In this document: in pieces, positions 28,419 to 36,153 of the stretch
Position numbering within the stretch: the stretch's first letter is position 1
How the letters are laid out: each line of letters opens with the position of its first letter
Source of the DNA: a bacterium
Lineage (GTDB): Bacteria > Myxococcota_A > UBA9042
Length of the DNA stretch: 63,901 nt
NCBI GenBank assembly: GCA_030425545.1
Contig: JAUIAC010000004.1
Span: forward strand, 1-63,901
Direction of reading: 5' to 3'
Translations under genes and position numbers: made by a program
Notes under the pieces: model-generated
The model's input: the letters and a program-made list of their open reading frames with translations, nothing else
What the model was told of the DNA's origin: nothing
The model's database searches: none

Positions 28419-30401
28419 ATGTCGACCCTTTTCGCTCAGCCCGCATCCCGCCGCCTGCAGCGGCTGGCCCTCGTGGTCGGCCTCGCCACGCTCTGGACCC
28501 TCCCTGGCTGCGGCACCGACAACCAGCTCGAGACCTTTCCGCAGATCGACTTCACCGTCGAAGGTCAGCCCAACAAGGACAAGTGGGAGTTCGCCGCGGA
28601 CACCACCGGTGGTCAGCTCACCAAGCAGGCCAAGGTCCTGGTGACCAACTCCGGTCAGAACACGCTCTCCCTCAAGGAGATCAAGTTCGACACGCAGAAC
28701 CCCTACCTCAAGCTCGTCTACCCCAAGGGCAAGCCGAGCTTCCCCGTGAGCCTCGAGCCCAACGAGCGTCTGCAGCTCGAGGTCCGCTTCGCGCCCGACC
28801 CGAACATCGAGAACAACGAGCCGGCCACGCTGACCATCCAGCACAACGACGCTGAGAAGCCGGAGATCAAGGTCCTCTTCGAGATCCGCCTCAACGGCGC
28901 CACCGTCGAGCTCAAGCAGAAGACCCAGGAGTTCGTGAACCCTTCGGCCGCCAACCCGCCCACCGCGTGCATCGGCTTTACCAACAAGGGCAACGCGCCG
29001 CTGATCTTCAAGAAGGCGTACATGGAGACGGCGACCAAGTTCTACACGCTGACCAAGACGCCGGACCAGGGCTCGACCATCGCCGCGCGCGGGCAGGGCG
29101 ACAACCCGAAGAACAACCCCAAGTACCTCGACGTCTGCGTGCGTCTGACCCCCGGCGACAAGGGCGCGGACTACTCGGCCAAGCTCGTCATCGAGACCAA
29201 CGACAAGTCCAACCCCTTCGCCAAGGTCGTGTTCAACGCTCGGTGGGAAGAGGACAACGTCTTCAAGGTCACCTGCGCGACGCCGGACGGCAGCCTGAAG
29301 TACGACTTCACCACGACCAAGAGCGGCATCGAGGAGAAGTGCTGCAACATCTACAACGAGGGCCCCAGCGGCATGCTCATCAGCAAGGTCGGCGTGCAGG
29401 CCCTCAGCAGCGGCAACCAGGACCTGGCCGACAGCCTCTACGGCGTGAAGCTGAAGAAGAAGCTGCCCGACGGCTCGTTTGAGACCGTGAGTCTGCCGCG
29501 AAGCATCAACCCCTCGAAGTCGCTCTACTTCTGCGTCGAGTACATCTACCCGAACGACAACAAGACCACGAGCGGCGAGCTGGTCATCAACTACTCGCAG
29601 GCCAACATCCCGGCCGTGCTGCCCTTGCCGGTGGTCGCCGGCGCGTGCGACACGCCGGACCTGGTCGTCGGCCCCAGCAACACGCCCTTGTGGATGCAGA
29701 CCAAGCTCGGCGAGAAGGCGGTCAAGGAGCTCGTGGTGACCAACCAGAGCTGCGCGCCGATGCAGATCCTGCAGGTGTGCACCACGCAGGTCGCCGGCCA
29801 GGGCTCGGACTCGAACCCCTGCGGCAACGCCACGCTGCTCTCCGCCCACTTCGGCCTCGACAAGGAGGTCGGCCTGACCTCGGTGAAGCCCTGGGGCTCG
29901 CTGCCGATCGCGGTGAAGTTCGAGCCGCCGAACGAGAAGTACAAGACCATCAACCACTTCCTCAACGTGGTCTACTGCCCGGGGGCGTGGTCTGGCGACA
30001 AGTGCTCCGAGACCATCGTGTCCCGCACGGTCAACCTGACGGGCACGGTCGAGGCCGACGCGTCCAAGCTGCCGAAGCTGCCGACGGTCAAGGTCGCGGC
30101 CTTCAACGGCCAGACGCCCAAGGTCGGCCAGCCCTTCAAGCTCGAGGCCACGTCCACCGAGGGCGAGTGGCCCATCGGCCAGTACGGCGCCCACCTCTGG
30201 GTGCTGAAGTCGCGGCCGTCTGGGTCGAACCTCTGGATCAGCGACGAGTTCCAGAGCACCGACGACCCCTACCTGACCATCACGCCCGACGTGAAGGGCT
30301 CCTACGTGGTCGTCGCGCAGGTCCAGTCCGTCGACGACGGCAACCCGTCGAACCTCGCGTGGAGCGAGCAGTTCGAGTTCAAGTTCGACGTGACCGAGTA
30401 G
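28419..30401 (+). CDS. lipoprotein with Ig-like repeat array and C-terminal PKD-like domain
   Basis: The ATG at 28419 follows AGAGAGGA. The signal ends LWTLPGC (lipobox). Repeats such as VLVTNSGQNTLSLKEIKF are present. The C-terminus reads YVVVAQVQSVDDGNPS. Confidence 0.85.
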   Translation: MSTLFAQPASRRLQRLALVVGLATLWTLPGCGTDNQLETFPQIDFTVEGQPNKDKWEFAADTTGGQLTKQAKVLVTNSGQNTLSLKEIKFDTQNPYLKLVYPKGKPSFPVSLEPNERLQLEVRFAPDPNIENNEPATLTIQHNDAEKPEIKVLFEIRLNGATVELKQKTQEFVNPSAANPPTACIGFTNKGNAPLIFKKAYMETATKFYTLTKTPDQGSTIAARGQGDNPKNNPKYLDVCVRLTPGDKGADYSAKLVIETNDKSNPFAKVVFNARWEEDNVFKVTCATPDGSLKYDFTTTKSGIEEKCCNIYNEGPSGMLISKVGVQALSSGNQDLADSLYGVKLKKKLPDGSFETVSLPRSINPSKSLYFCVEYIYPNDNKTTSGELVINYSQANIPAVLPLPVVAGACDTPDLVVGPSNTPLWMQTKLGEKAVKELVVTNQSCAPMQILQVCTTQVAGQGSDSNPCGNATLLSAHFGLDKEVGLTSVKPWGSLPIAVKFEPPNEKYKTINHFLNVVYCPGAWSGDKCSETIVSRTVNLTGTVEADASKLPKLPTVKVAAFNGQTPKVGQPFKLEATSTEGEWPIGQYGAHLWVLKSRPSGSNLWISDEFQSTDDPYLTITPDVKGSYVVVAQVQSVDDGNPSNLAWSEQFEFKFDVTE

Positions 30402-30449
30402 CGGGGCCGCCGGCGCGAGGCGACGCCGTGTGTCGCGTGAGGTGACACC

Positions 30450-31787
30450 ATGTCCGCTCCTCCGACGCCCCCCTCCCAGCCGCATCCGAAGGTCCACGCC
30501 GGCGCCGAACCCGCGCCAGGGCGCCCCTCTGTCGCCAGTGAGACCGGCCGTCTCCGCGTGTGCGTCGGCTTCGCGCCGGGCGCAGAGTTCGACTTTGTCT
30601 TGCCGCGGCACATCGAGCCCGCTGTGCGTGGGTCCGACGGCGCGCTCCGCGACAACCCGGACTACCTGCTCTTCGACGACCTTGTGTTGCGCGAGGTGCT
30701 CACGCGCGAACACCGGCGCCTCTTCGACGTCGTCCGCGCCGTCGCCCACGTCCACGACCTGCGGGACCTGATCACCGACGTGCTCGAGGCGCCCAGCGTG
30801 CGGGCCGCTGTGGTCGACGAGGTGGCGCGCACAGAGGCCACGGCAGGGCGCCCGCTGAGCCAGACCGGACGAGACTGGCTGCTCGCCGCCTCCTCGCGCA
30901 GCTGCGTGGCCGCTCTGCTCTCAGGCGAGATCCCAGGCTCCCCTGGTCACCTGCCCATGCCGAACTGGCTCTTTGCCCGGGACTGTCTCGCCGTCGTGGG
31001 CGAGGCTGTGGTGACCATGCGTCCGCGGCACCCGGCGCGCTGGCGCGACGGTGTCCTCGCGCGGGCAGTGGTCGCGCATCACCCGCTCTTCGCCGGCGCG
31101 CGCGGCGTCGACGTGGCCGAAGAGGCGGCCGCGCTCGGGCTCAGCGGGCCCGCCTGCGTCGAGGGCGGCGACGTGCTGACCCTGAGCCCCTCGTTGGCCC
31201 TGGTCGGCGTCGGGCGCCGCACCACCGAAGCGGGCGCGCACGCGCTGGCGACCGCGCTGCGGCGCGAGACCGACACCGAGGTCCTGGCCGTCCGCCTGCC
31301 CGACAAGCGCGCCGCGATGCACCTCGACACGGTGTTCACGCTGCTCGACCGGGACCTGGCTGTCGCGTACGCGCCCCTGCTCCACGGCGACGCGGCGCTC
31401 CAGGTCTACGACCCGACCCAGCCGCCGGGCCGCAGCTCAGGCGGGCAGGACCTGCTCGCCGCCCTGGCCGAGCGAGGCCGCCCTCTGGAGGTGCTGCCGT
31501 GCGGCGACGGGGAGCCCCGCGCGGCCCTGCGGGAGCAGTGGACCGACGGGGCGAACGCGTTCTGTCTGGCGCCGGGGCGCGTGGTCCTCTACGGCCGCAA
31601 CCGCGCCACGCTGCGCGCCCTCAACCGGCGCGGGTTCCGCGTGGTCGCGCCCGCGGACTTCATCGCCAACGCGCCGCTGTGGATGTCCGGTGACGAGCGC
31701 GTGGTCGTGGCCATCGACGGCTTCGAGCTCTCCCGCGGGCGCGGCGGTCCGCGGTGTCTCACGCTGCCGGTTCAGCGCGACGCGTGA
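30450..31787 (+). CDS. arginine deiminase-family (guanidino-group modifying fold) enzyme
   Basis: Motifs seen are SETGRLRVCV, DYLLFDDLVL..REH, NWLFARD, VEGGDVL, MHLDTVFTLLD, EQWTDGANAF and RGRGGPRCLTLPVQR, the last carrying the catalytic-Cys context. The gene starts 48 nt after the preceding lipoprotein gene. Confidence 0.75.
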   Translation: MSAPPTPPSQPHPKVHAGAEPAPGRPSVASETGRLRVCVGFAPGAEFDFVLPRHIEPAVRGSDGALRDNPDYLLFDDLVLREVLTREHRRLFDVVRAVAHVHDLRDLITDVLEAPSVRAAVVDEVARTEATAGRPLSQTGRDWLLAASSRSCVAALLSGEIPGSPGHLPMPNWLFARDCLAVVGEAVVTMRPRHPARWRDGVLARAVVAHHPLFAGARGVDVAEEAAALGLSGPACVEGGDVLTLSPSLALVGVGRRTTEAGAHALATALRRETDTEVLAVRLPDKRAAMHLDTVFTLLDRDLAVAYAPLLHGDAALQVYDPTQPPGRSSGGQDLLAALAERGRPLEVLPCGDGEPRAALREQWTDGANAFCLAPGRVVLYGRNRATLRALNRRGFRVVAPADFIANAPLWMSGDERVVVAIDGFELSRGRGGPRCLTLPVQRDA

Positions 31788-32794
31788 CCCGGCGCCGGCG
31801 CCGCGCCCTGCTGCGCCGCGTGCCACGCCCGCCAGCCAGCGGCGTCGCGAATGTCGACCCGGCCGCTCAAGGTCTGCAGCGCCCGTCTCGCCCGCCGGGC
31901 GAGGTTCGGGTTGGGGTCGGCCGCGAGCACCACCAAGGCCGCCGCGTGTGCGCGCTGTGGGCGAGGCCCGATGGTGCGCAGCACCTCGCGCCGCACCACG
32001 TAGGCCGGATGTCGCGCCGAGAGCGCCAGCGCCGTGTCGCATCGCGGTCCCTTGGGGACCCGGCACAGCTCGAGCGCCCAGCGCAGCGTCACGCCGCCCA
32101 GCTGATGCACGGCCGCCTCGCGCAGCACCGCGTCGAAGCGCGCCGCCCCGCTCGCCTCGCCTTGATAAGCCAGCCCCCACGCCGCGGACACCCGGGTCAT
32201 CGCGCTGGCGATGATCCCCGGCGCCTCGGCGTAGCTGCGCATCATCTCCTGATCGCGCGGGTCGCCGAGCAGGGCCAGCCCGTACACCGCGTAGCCTCGG
32301 GCCTTGTCGCTGCCGTCCTGGAGGACGCTGCGGAGGAAGGGCCGCGACGCCGGGTCCTGCAGCTCCGCCACGATGCGTACGATGCGGCTGCGATAGGGCG
32401 CCTGTTGCGGCGCCGTGGGGAAGATGGCCTCCAGCGGGCGCCGGGCGCGATAGCCGAAGCCCACCAACACGTCGTGCGCCTTGCAGCCGGAGATGCTGTT
32501 GCAACGGAAGCGGTCCCGCAGGTCGCGCAGCGCCGCTCGCAGCGCCTCGTCCATGGCACCGGGGTCGACGTCCGTGGCTGTCACGGCCCGGGCGGCGCGC
32601 GCAGGGGGCGCCACCGGCCGTGCAGCTGGCGGCGCCGAGGTCTCTGCCCGCTCCCCGCTCGCCGGTGCGGTCGACGGCCCCTGACACGCGCTGAGCGCGA
32701 CCCAGACGCACCCCAGCAAGAGCCGCGCCGACACAGGGCGCCGCAGCGCGGTCCGCGGGGTCGGGGGCAGGGCCAGGCGCATGTGATTCGGCAT
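31772..32794 (-). CDS. HEAT/armadillo-like repeat lipoprotein
   Basis: The ATG at 32794 follows GGAG by 8 nt; 32782 and 32845 are alternatives. The lipobox is WVALSAC. HEAT-like units include YGLALLGDPRD and LAADPNPNLARRARRAL. The 3' end overlaps the convergent deiminase gene by 16 nt. Confidence 0.65.
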   Translation of the reverse strand: MPNHMRLALPPTPRTALRRPVSARLLLGCVWVALSACQGPSTAPASGERAETSAPPAARPVAPPARAARAVTATDVDPGAMDEALRAALRDLRDRFRCNSISGCKAHDVLVGFGYRARRPLEAIFPTAPQQAPYRSRIVRIVAELQDPASRPFLRSVLQDGSDKARGYAVYGLALLGDPRDQEMMRSYAEAPGIIASAMTRVSAAWGLAYQGEASGAARFDAVLREAAVHQLGGVTLRWALELCRVPKGPRCDTALALSARHPAYVVRREVLRTIGPRPQRAHAAALVVLAADPNPNLARRARRALQTLSGRVDIRDAAGWRAWHAAQQGAAPAPGHASR

Positions 32795-32952
32795 CGATGA
32801 GTCTCCGTCGCAGCCCTTGTAGCGCCGGCGTGGGGCTCGCAGCAACCGTCAACGCCGCTCGGGGCGGGGCCATACGCCTGCCGGCGGGGCTCACCAGGGT
32901 CGGCCTGTCGGCTCACCCCGGCGCGCGAGCGCGCTGGAAGCGCGCTGACGTG

Positions 32953-32981
32953 TTGCCGCGATCTGGCCCCGCTCCTATAAG
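32953..32981 (+). promoter_or_regulatory. candidate sigma-70-type promoter for the triple-DsbA gene
   Basis: The sequence is TTGCCG-N17-TATAAG, about 55 nt upstream of ATG 33036. This is the best -10 match I found in the window. Confidence 0.45.
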
Positions 32982-33035
32982 TTGACCGCAGCCTCGCCGA
33001 ACCGTCACGCGTGGCCACAGAGGAGCGCCCAGCCG

Positions 33036-35237
33036 ATGAGAAAGGAGCTGACCATCTTGCTGGTCGTCGCCGTGGCCGCGGTGGCGTTCTTCGTCGGCCG
33101 CTTGCAAGACCCTGCACCGAGCCCGTCGCCCACATCGGACGCCGCGAGCGTCGCAGCGCAAGCGGCGCCGGAGCCGGAGCCGCCCCCCCCCACGCCCGCC
33201 AAGGTCGCGGTCGCGCCCGTGGTTCGCCACCCCGCGCGGGGGCCCGCCAACGCGCGCGTGACCGTCGTCGAGATCAGCGACTTCGAGTGCCCCTTCTGCG
33301 CCCGCGGCAGAGCGACGCTCGAGGAGCTGCGCCAGGCCCACGCCGACGACGTCCGCGTCGTGTTCGTCCACCTGCCGCTCGCTTTTCACGAGCACGCGCG
33401 CCCCGCGGCCATCGCGTCGATGGCCGCGCATCGTCAGGGCAAGTTCTGGCAGCTCTATGAGCGCTTCTTCGATCACAAGGGCAGCCTCGCGCCGCCCGTC
33501 GTGCTCAAGTACGCCCGAGAGATCGGCCTGGACATGGCGCAGTTCGAGCGCGATCGCGCCGACCCCGCCGTGGCGGAGCAGGTCGCCGACGACACCGCCA
33601 TCGCCGCCAGCCTCGGTGTGTCCGGGACGCCGGCCTACTTCGTCAACGGGGTCCAGATCTCCGGCGCACAGCCCAAGGAGAAGGTGCAGGCCGTGCTCGA
33701 GTCGCAGCTCGCCAAGGCCGACCGCGCGCTGCAGAGCGGCGCGCCGCGCTCCAAGCTGCACGCCCGCATGTGGCGCGAGAACAACCCGGCCAAGGCCGAC
33801 GTCGCCATCGACTGGATCATCCGCGGCCGCAAGCCACCCAAGAGCGCGCGCCCAAAGCCGCAGAAGGGCCCGTCCAAAGAGGCGGAGAAGCCAAAGAAGA
33901 AGGCGGTCCATCCCGCCAAGGATCCGACGGTGTGGAAGGTCGCCCTCCGGGGAGACGAGCCGGCCCGCGGCGCCGACAAGGCGCTCGTCACCGCCGTGCT
34001 GTTCACGGACTTCGAGTGCCCCTTCTGTGCCCGCGTGCGTCCGGCCATCGCCCAGCTCGAAGCCAGCTTCAAGGGCAAGCTCCGACTGGTGTTCAAGAAT
34101 CAACCCCTGTCGTTCCACAAGCGCGCCCCGCTCGCTGCCGAGGCCGGGCTGTGCGCCCACAAGCAGGGCAAGTTCTGGCAGATGGAGGAGCACCTCTTCA
34201 CCCACCAGAAGGAGCTCGCCCCGGCGGACCTGGTGGCGCACGCCAAGGCCATCGGCCTGAAGGTGCCGGTCTTCCGCCGGTGCCTCGACAAGCACGAGAC
34301 CCACGAGCTCGTGCAGCAAGACCGACAGCTCGCGGCCTCGCTCGGCGTCACCGGCACGCCCACCCTCTTCATCAATGGGCGCAAGGTCAGCGGTGCGCAG
34401 CCCTTTGGCGTGTTCGCCCGGGTCGTGCGGCAGGAGCTCGACCGCGCGGCGAAGCTGCTGGCCGGCGGGGCGAAGCCCGACACCCTCTATGGACAGGCGA
34501 TCGCCCAGGGCAAGGCGCTGACCTTGCCGAAGGAGCTCTCAGACGTCGTGGTCAAGCTCGACCTCACGGGCTCCCCCCGCCTCGGCGCGGCGGACGCGCC
34601 GATTCAGATCGCGGTGTTCGAGGACCTGCAGTGTCCCTTCTGCGCCCGGCTGCACGACGTGCTGAGCGAGGTCCGGCGGACCTTGGGCGCCAAGGCGGCG
34701 GTGGTCTTCAAGCACCTGCCGCTCAGCAGTCAGTGCAACCCGACCATGGGGCGCGACATGCACCCGGCGGCCTGCCGCGCCGCGGCCTGGGCCATGGCGG
34801 CGGAAGAGCAGCAGGTCTTCTGGGCCTTCACCAAGCGCGTCTTTGCCGACATGCGCGGCCTCATGCCGAAGGACGGGACCCTCGAGGCCCGGCTGACCAA
34901 GCTGGACGAGAACCTGATGCGCCACGCGAAGCTCGCCGGCGTCGATCTGCAGAAGGCGGCTGCGTACCTGTCGTCGCGCCGCTACGAGACCACGATCCGT
35001 CGCGACATCGGCGAGGCCGCCCGTTTTCGGGTCCGCGGCACGCCCTCGGTGTATCTCAACGGACGGGCCTACAACGGGCCGCTCTCGGCAGAGCGCATCG
35101 CGGCTGCGGCACGACGCGCGCTCAAGCCGCCGCCCGCGCCCAAGGGGGCAGCGCCGCAGCCGACGCCGCGGCCGACATCGCAGCCAGCATCGCGGGGCAC
35201 GCCGCCCGCTTCCCCGGCCCCTGGCGGCGGACGCTGA
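33036..35237 (+). CDS. membrane-anchored protein with three tandem DsbA-like thioredoxin domains
   Basis: The N-terminal anchor is MRKELTILLVVAVAAVAFFVG. Three CPFC active-site motifs occur (ISDFECPFCARG, FTDFECPFCARV, FEDLQCPFCARL). Each is followed by a GKFW helix and a G(T/V)xGTPxxF(I/V)NG motif. The tail is Pro-rich. Confidence 0.85.
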   Translation: MRKELTILLVVAVAAVAFFVGRLQDPAPSPSPTSDAASVAAQAAPEPEPPPPTPAKVAVAPVVRHPARGPANARVTVVEISDFECPFCARGRATLEELRQAHADDVRVVFVHLPLAFHEHARPAAIASMAAHRQGKFWQLYERFFDHKGSLAPPVVLKYAREIGLDMAQFERDRADPAVAEQVADDTAIAASLGVSGTPAYFVNGVQISGAQPKEKVQAVLESQLAKADRALQSGAPRSKLHARMWRENNPAKADVAIDWIIRGRKPPKSARPKPQKGPSKEAEKPKKKAVHPAKDPTVWKVALRGDEPARGADKALVTAVLFTDFECPFCARVRPAIAQLEASFKGKLRLVFKNQPLSFHKRAPLAAEAGLCAHKQGKFWQMEEHLFTHQKELAPADLVAHAKAIGLKVPVFRRCLDKHETHELVQQDRQLAASLGVTGTPTLFINGRKVSGAQPFGVFARVVRQELDRAAKLLAGGAKPDTLYGQAIAQGKALTLPKELSDVVVKLDLTGSPRLGAADAPIQIAVFEDLQCPFCARLHDVLSEVRRTLGAKAAVVFKHLPLSSQCNPTMGRDMHPAACRAAAWAMAAEEQQVFWAFTKRVFADMRGLMPKDGTLEARLTKLDENLMRHAKLAGVDLQKAAAYLSSRRYETTIRRDIGEAARFRVRGTPSVYLNGRAYNGPLSAERIAAAARRALKPPPAPKGAAPQPTPRPTSQPASRGTPPASPAPGGGR

Positions 35238-35274
35238 GCTCGCCCTCGCTGCGAGCGGGGGGATGCCGCGCCGG

Positions 35275-36153
35275 TCAGCGGCGCTCTCCCTGGCTCAAGA
35301 ACGCAGACGCGCGGCTGAACAGTCGCAGCGGCGCCCCGACCTCACGGGCCACCTGCGCCAGGTGTGCGTGGCACGACGCGTCCTCGACGACCACGTCGGT
35401 CCACCCTGCTTCGCGCCACTGTGCTAGCAGCGCCGCGGCGGTCGCGCGCGCGGAGGCCGGATAGGCGCTGCGGAGCGGCTCTCCCGCACCGCAGCACGCG
35501 CGCGCCGCGCCGTCGTCGTCCGTGTCGGTGACCCGTCGCAGCCGGCAGCAAGCGAAGCGTTGGGCCCCCCGCGGGAGGGCGACACCAAAGCGCGCCAACC
35601 ACTGGTCGAAGACCGCCACCTGAGCGCCGCGGCGGCCCGCAGCCTCCAGATGCGCACCGATCGCGTCCCGACAGGCCCCAGTGGGGACCACCAGCGTCTG
35701 ACACCCGGCTGTGGCGATCGCCATGGCCCTGGCCGCTGGCATCGCAGGCGAGGCCACCGGGCCGCCGCAGGGCAGGGCAGGCAGCACCCTGGCCTCGGGC
35801 GCGACCTCGGCGAGCGCCGCTCGCAGGAGCGCAGGGGGCCAGGCGTCGTGGTGCGTCGTGCAGCCGCTCAGCACCACCGTCTCGGCCACCAGCGGCTCGA
35901 GCCCCGCCCAGGGCCCTGGCACCATGGTCGGGTCGGCCTGCGGCAGCAGACGCTCGCGGATGGCGACCTGGTGCGGACACACCACCTCACACGCGCCGCA
36001 CGCGGTGCAATGACGTGTGAGGGGGTGCGGGCCTGCCTCTGCCAGCCGAACCAGGGTCCCCGGCGAGACCGCGTCCACGCCCACAGCCAAGGCCGGAGCG
36101 CAGACGACCGCGCAGGGGGCGTGACACGCGTCACACGGGCGACTCACGGCCAC
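35275..36153 (-). CDS. GlcF/HdrD-like iron-sulfur (CCG-domain) oxidoreductase subunit
   Basis: The start is GTG. Ferredoxin-type clusters CDACHAPCAVVC and CTACGACEVVCP are present, and a later ACCGAG (CCG motif). The start overlaps the upstream gene's stop by 10 nt. Confidence 0.65.
   Translation of the reverse strand: MAVSRPCDACHAPCAVVCAPALAVGVDAVSPGTLVRLAEAGPHPLTRHCTACGACEVVCPHQVAIRERLLPQADPTMVPGPWAGLEPLVAETVVLSGCTTHHDAWPPALLRAALAEVAPEARVLPALPCGGPVASPAMPAARAMAIATAGCQTLVVPTGACRDAIGAHLEAAGRRGAQVAVFDQWLARFGVALPRGAQRFACCRLRRVTDTDDDGAARACCGAGEPLRSAYPASARATAAALLAQWREAGWTDVVVEDASCHAHLAQVAREVGAPLRLFSRASAFLSQGERR

Noticed and set aside
10184-30755. Long minus-strand ORFs (10184..12220, 13032..15269, 16137..19469, 19765..22059, 22757..25039, 24954..27743, 27786..30755) and several off-frame plus-strand ORFs lie across the envelope locus.
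   Set aside because: They show the same antisense or off-frame shadow signature, with extreme Arg/Ala/Gly/Val/Leu bias. Each is fully covered by a plus-strand gene with signal peptide, RBS and domain motifs.
31437-32894. Alternative ORFs 31437..32894(-) and 31754..32800(+) compete with the HEAT-repeat lipoprotein frame.
   Set aside because: Both are Arg/Gly/Ala/Pro-biased. The chosen frame (31772..32794-) has a lipobox, an RBS and HEAT-like helices with balanced composition.
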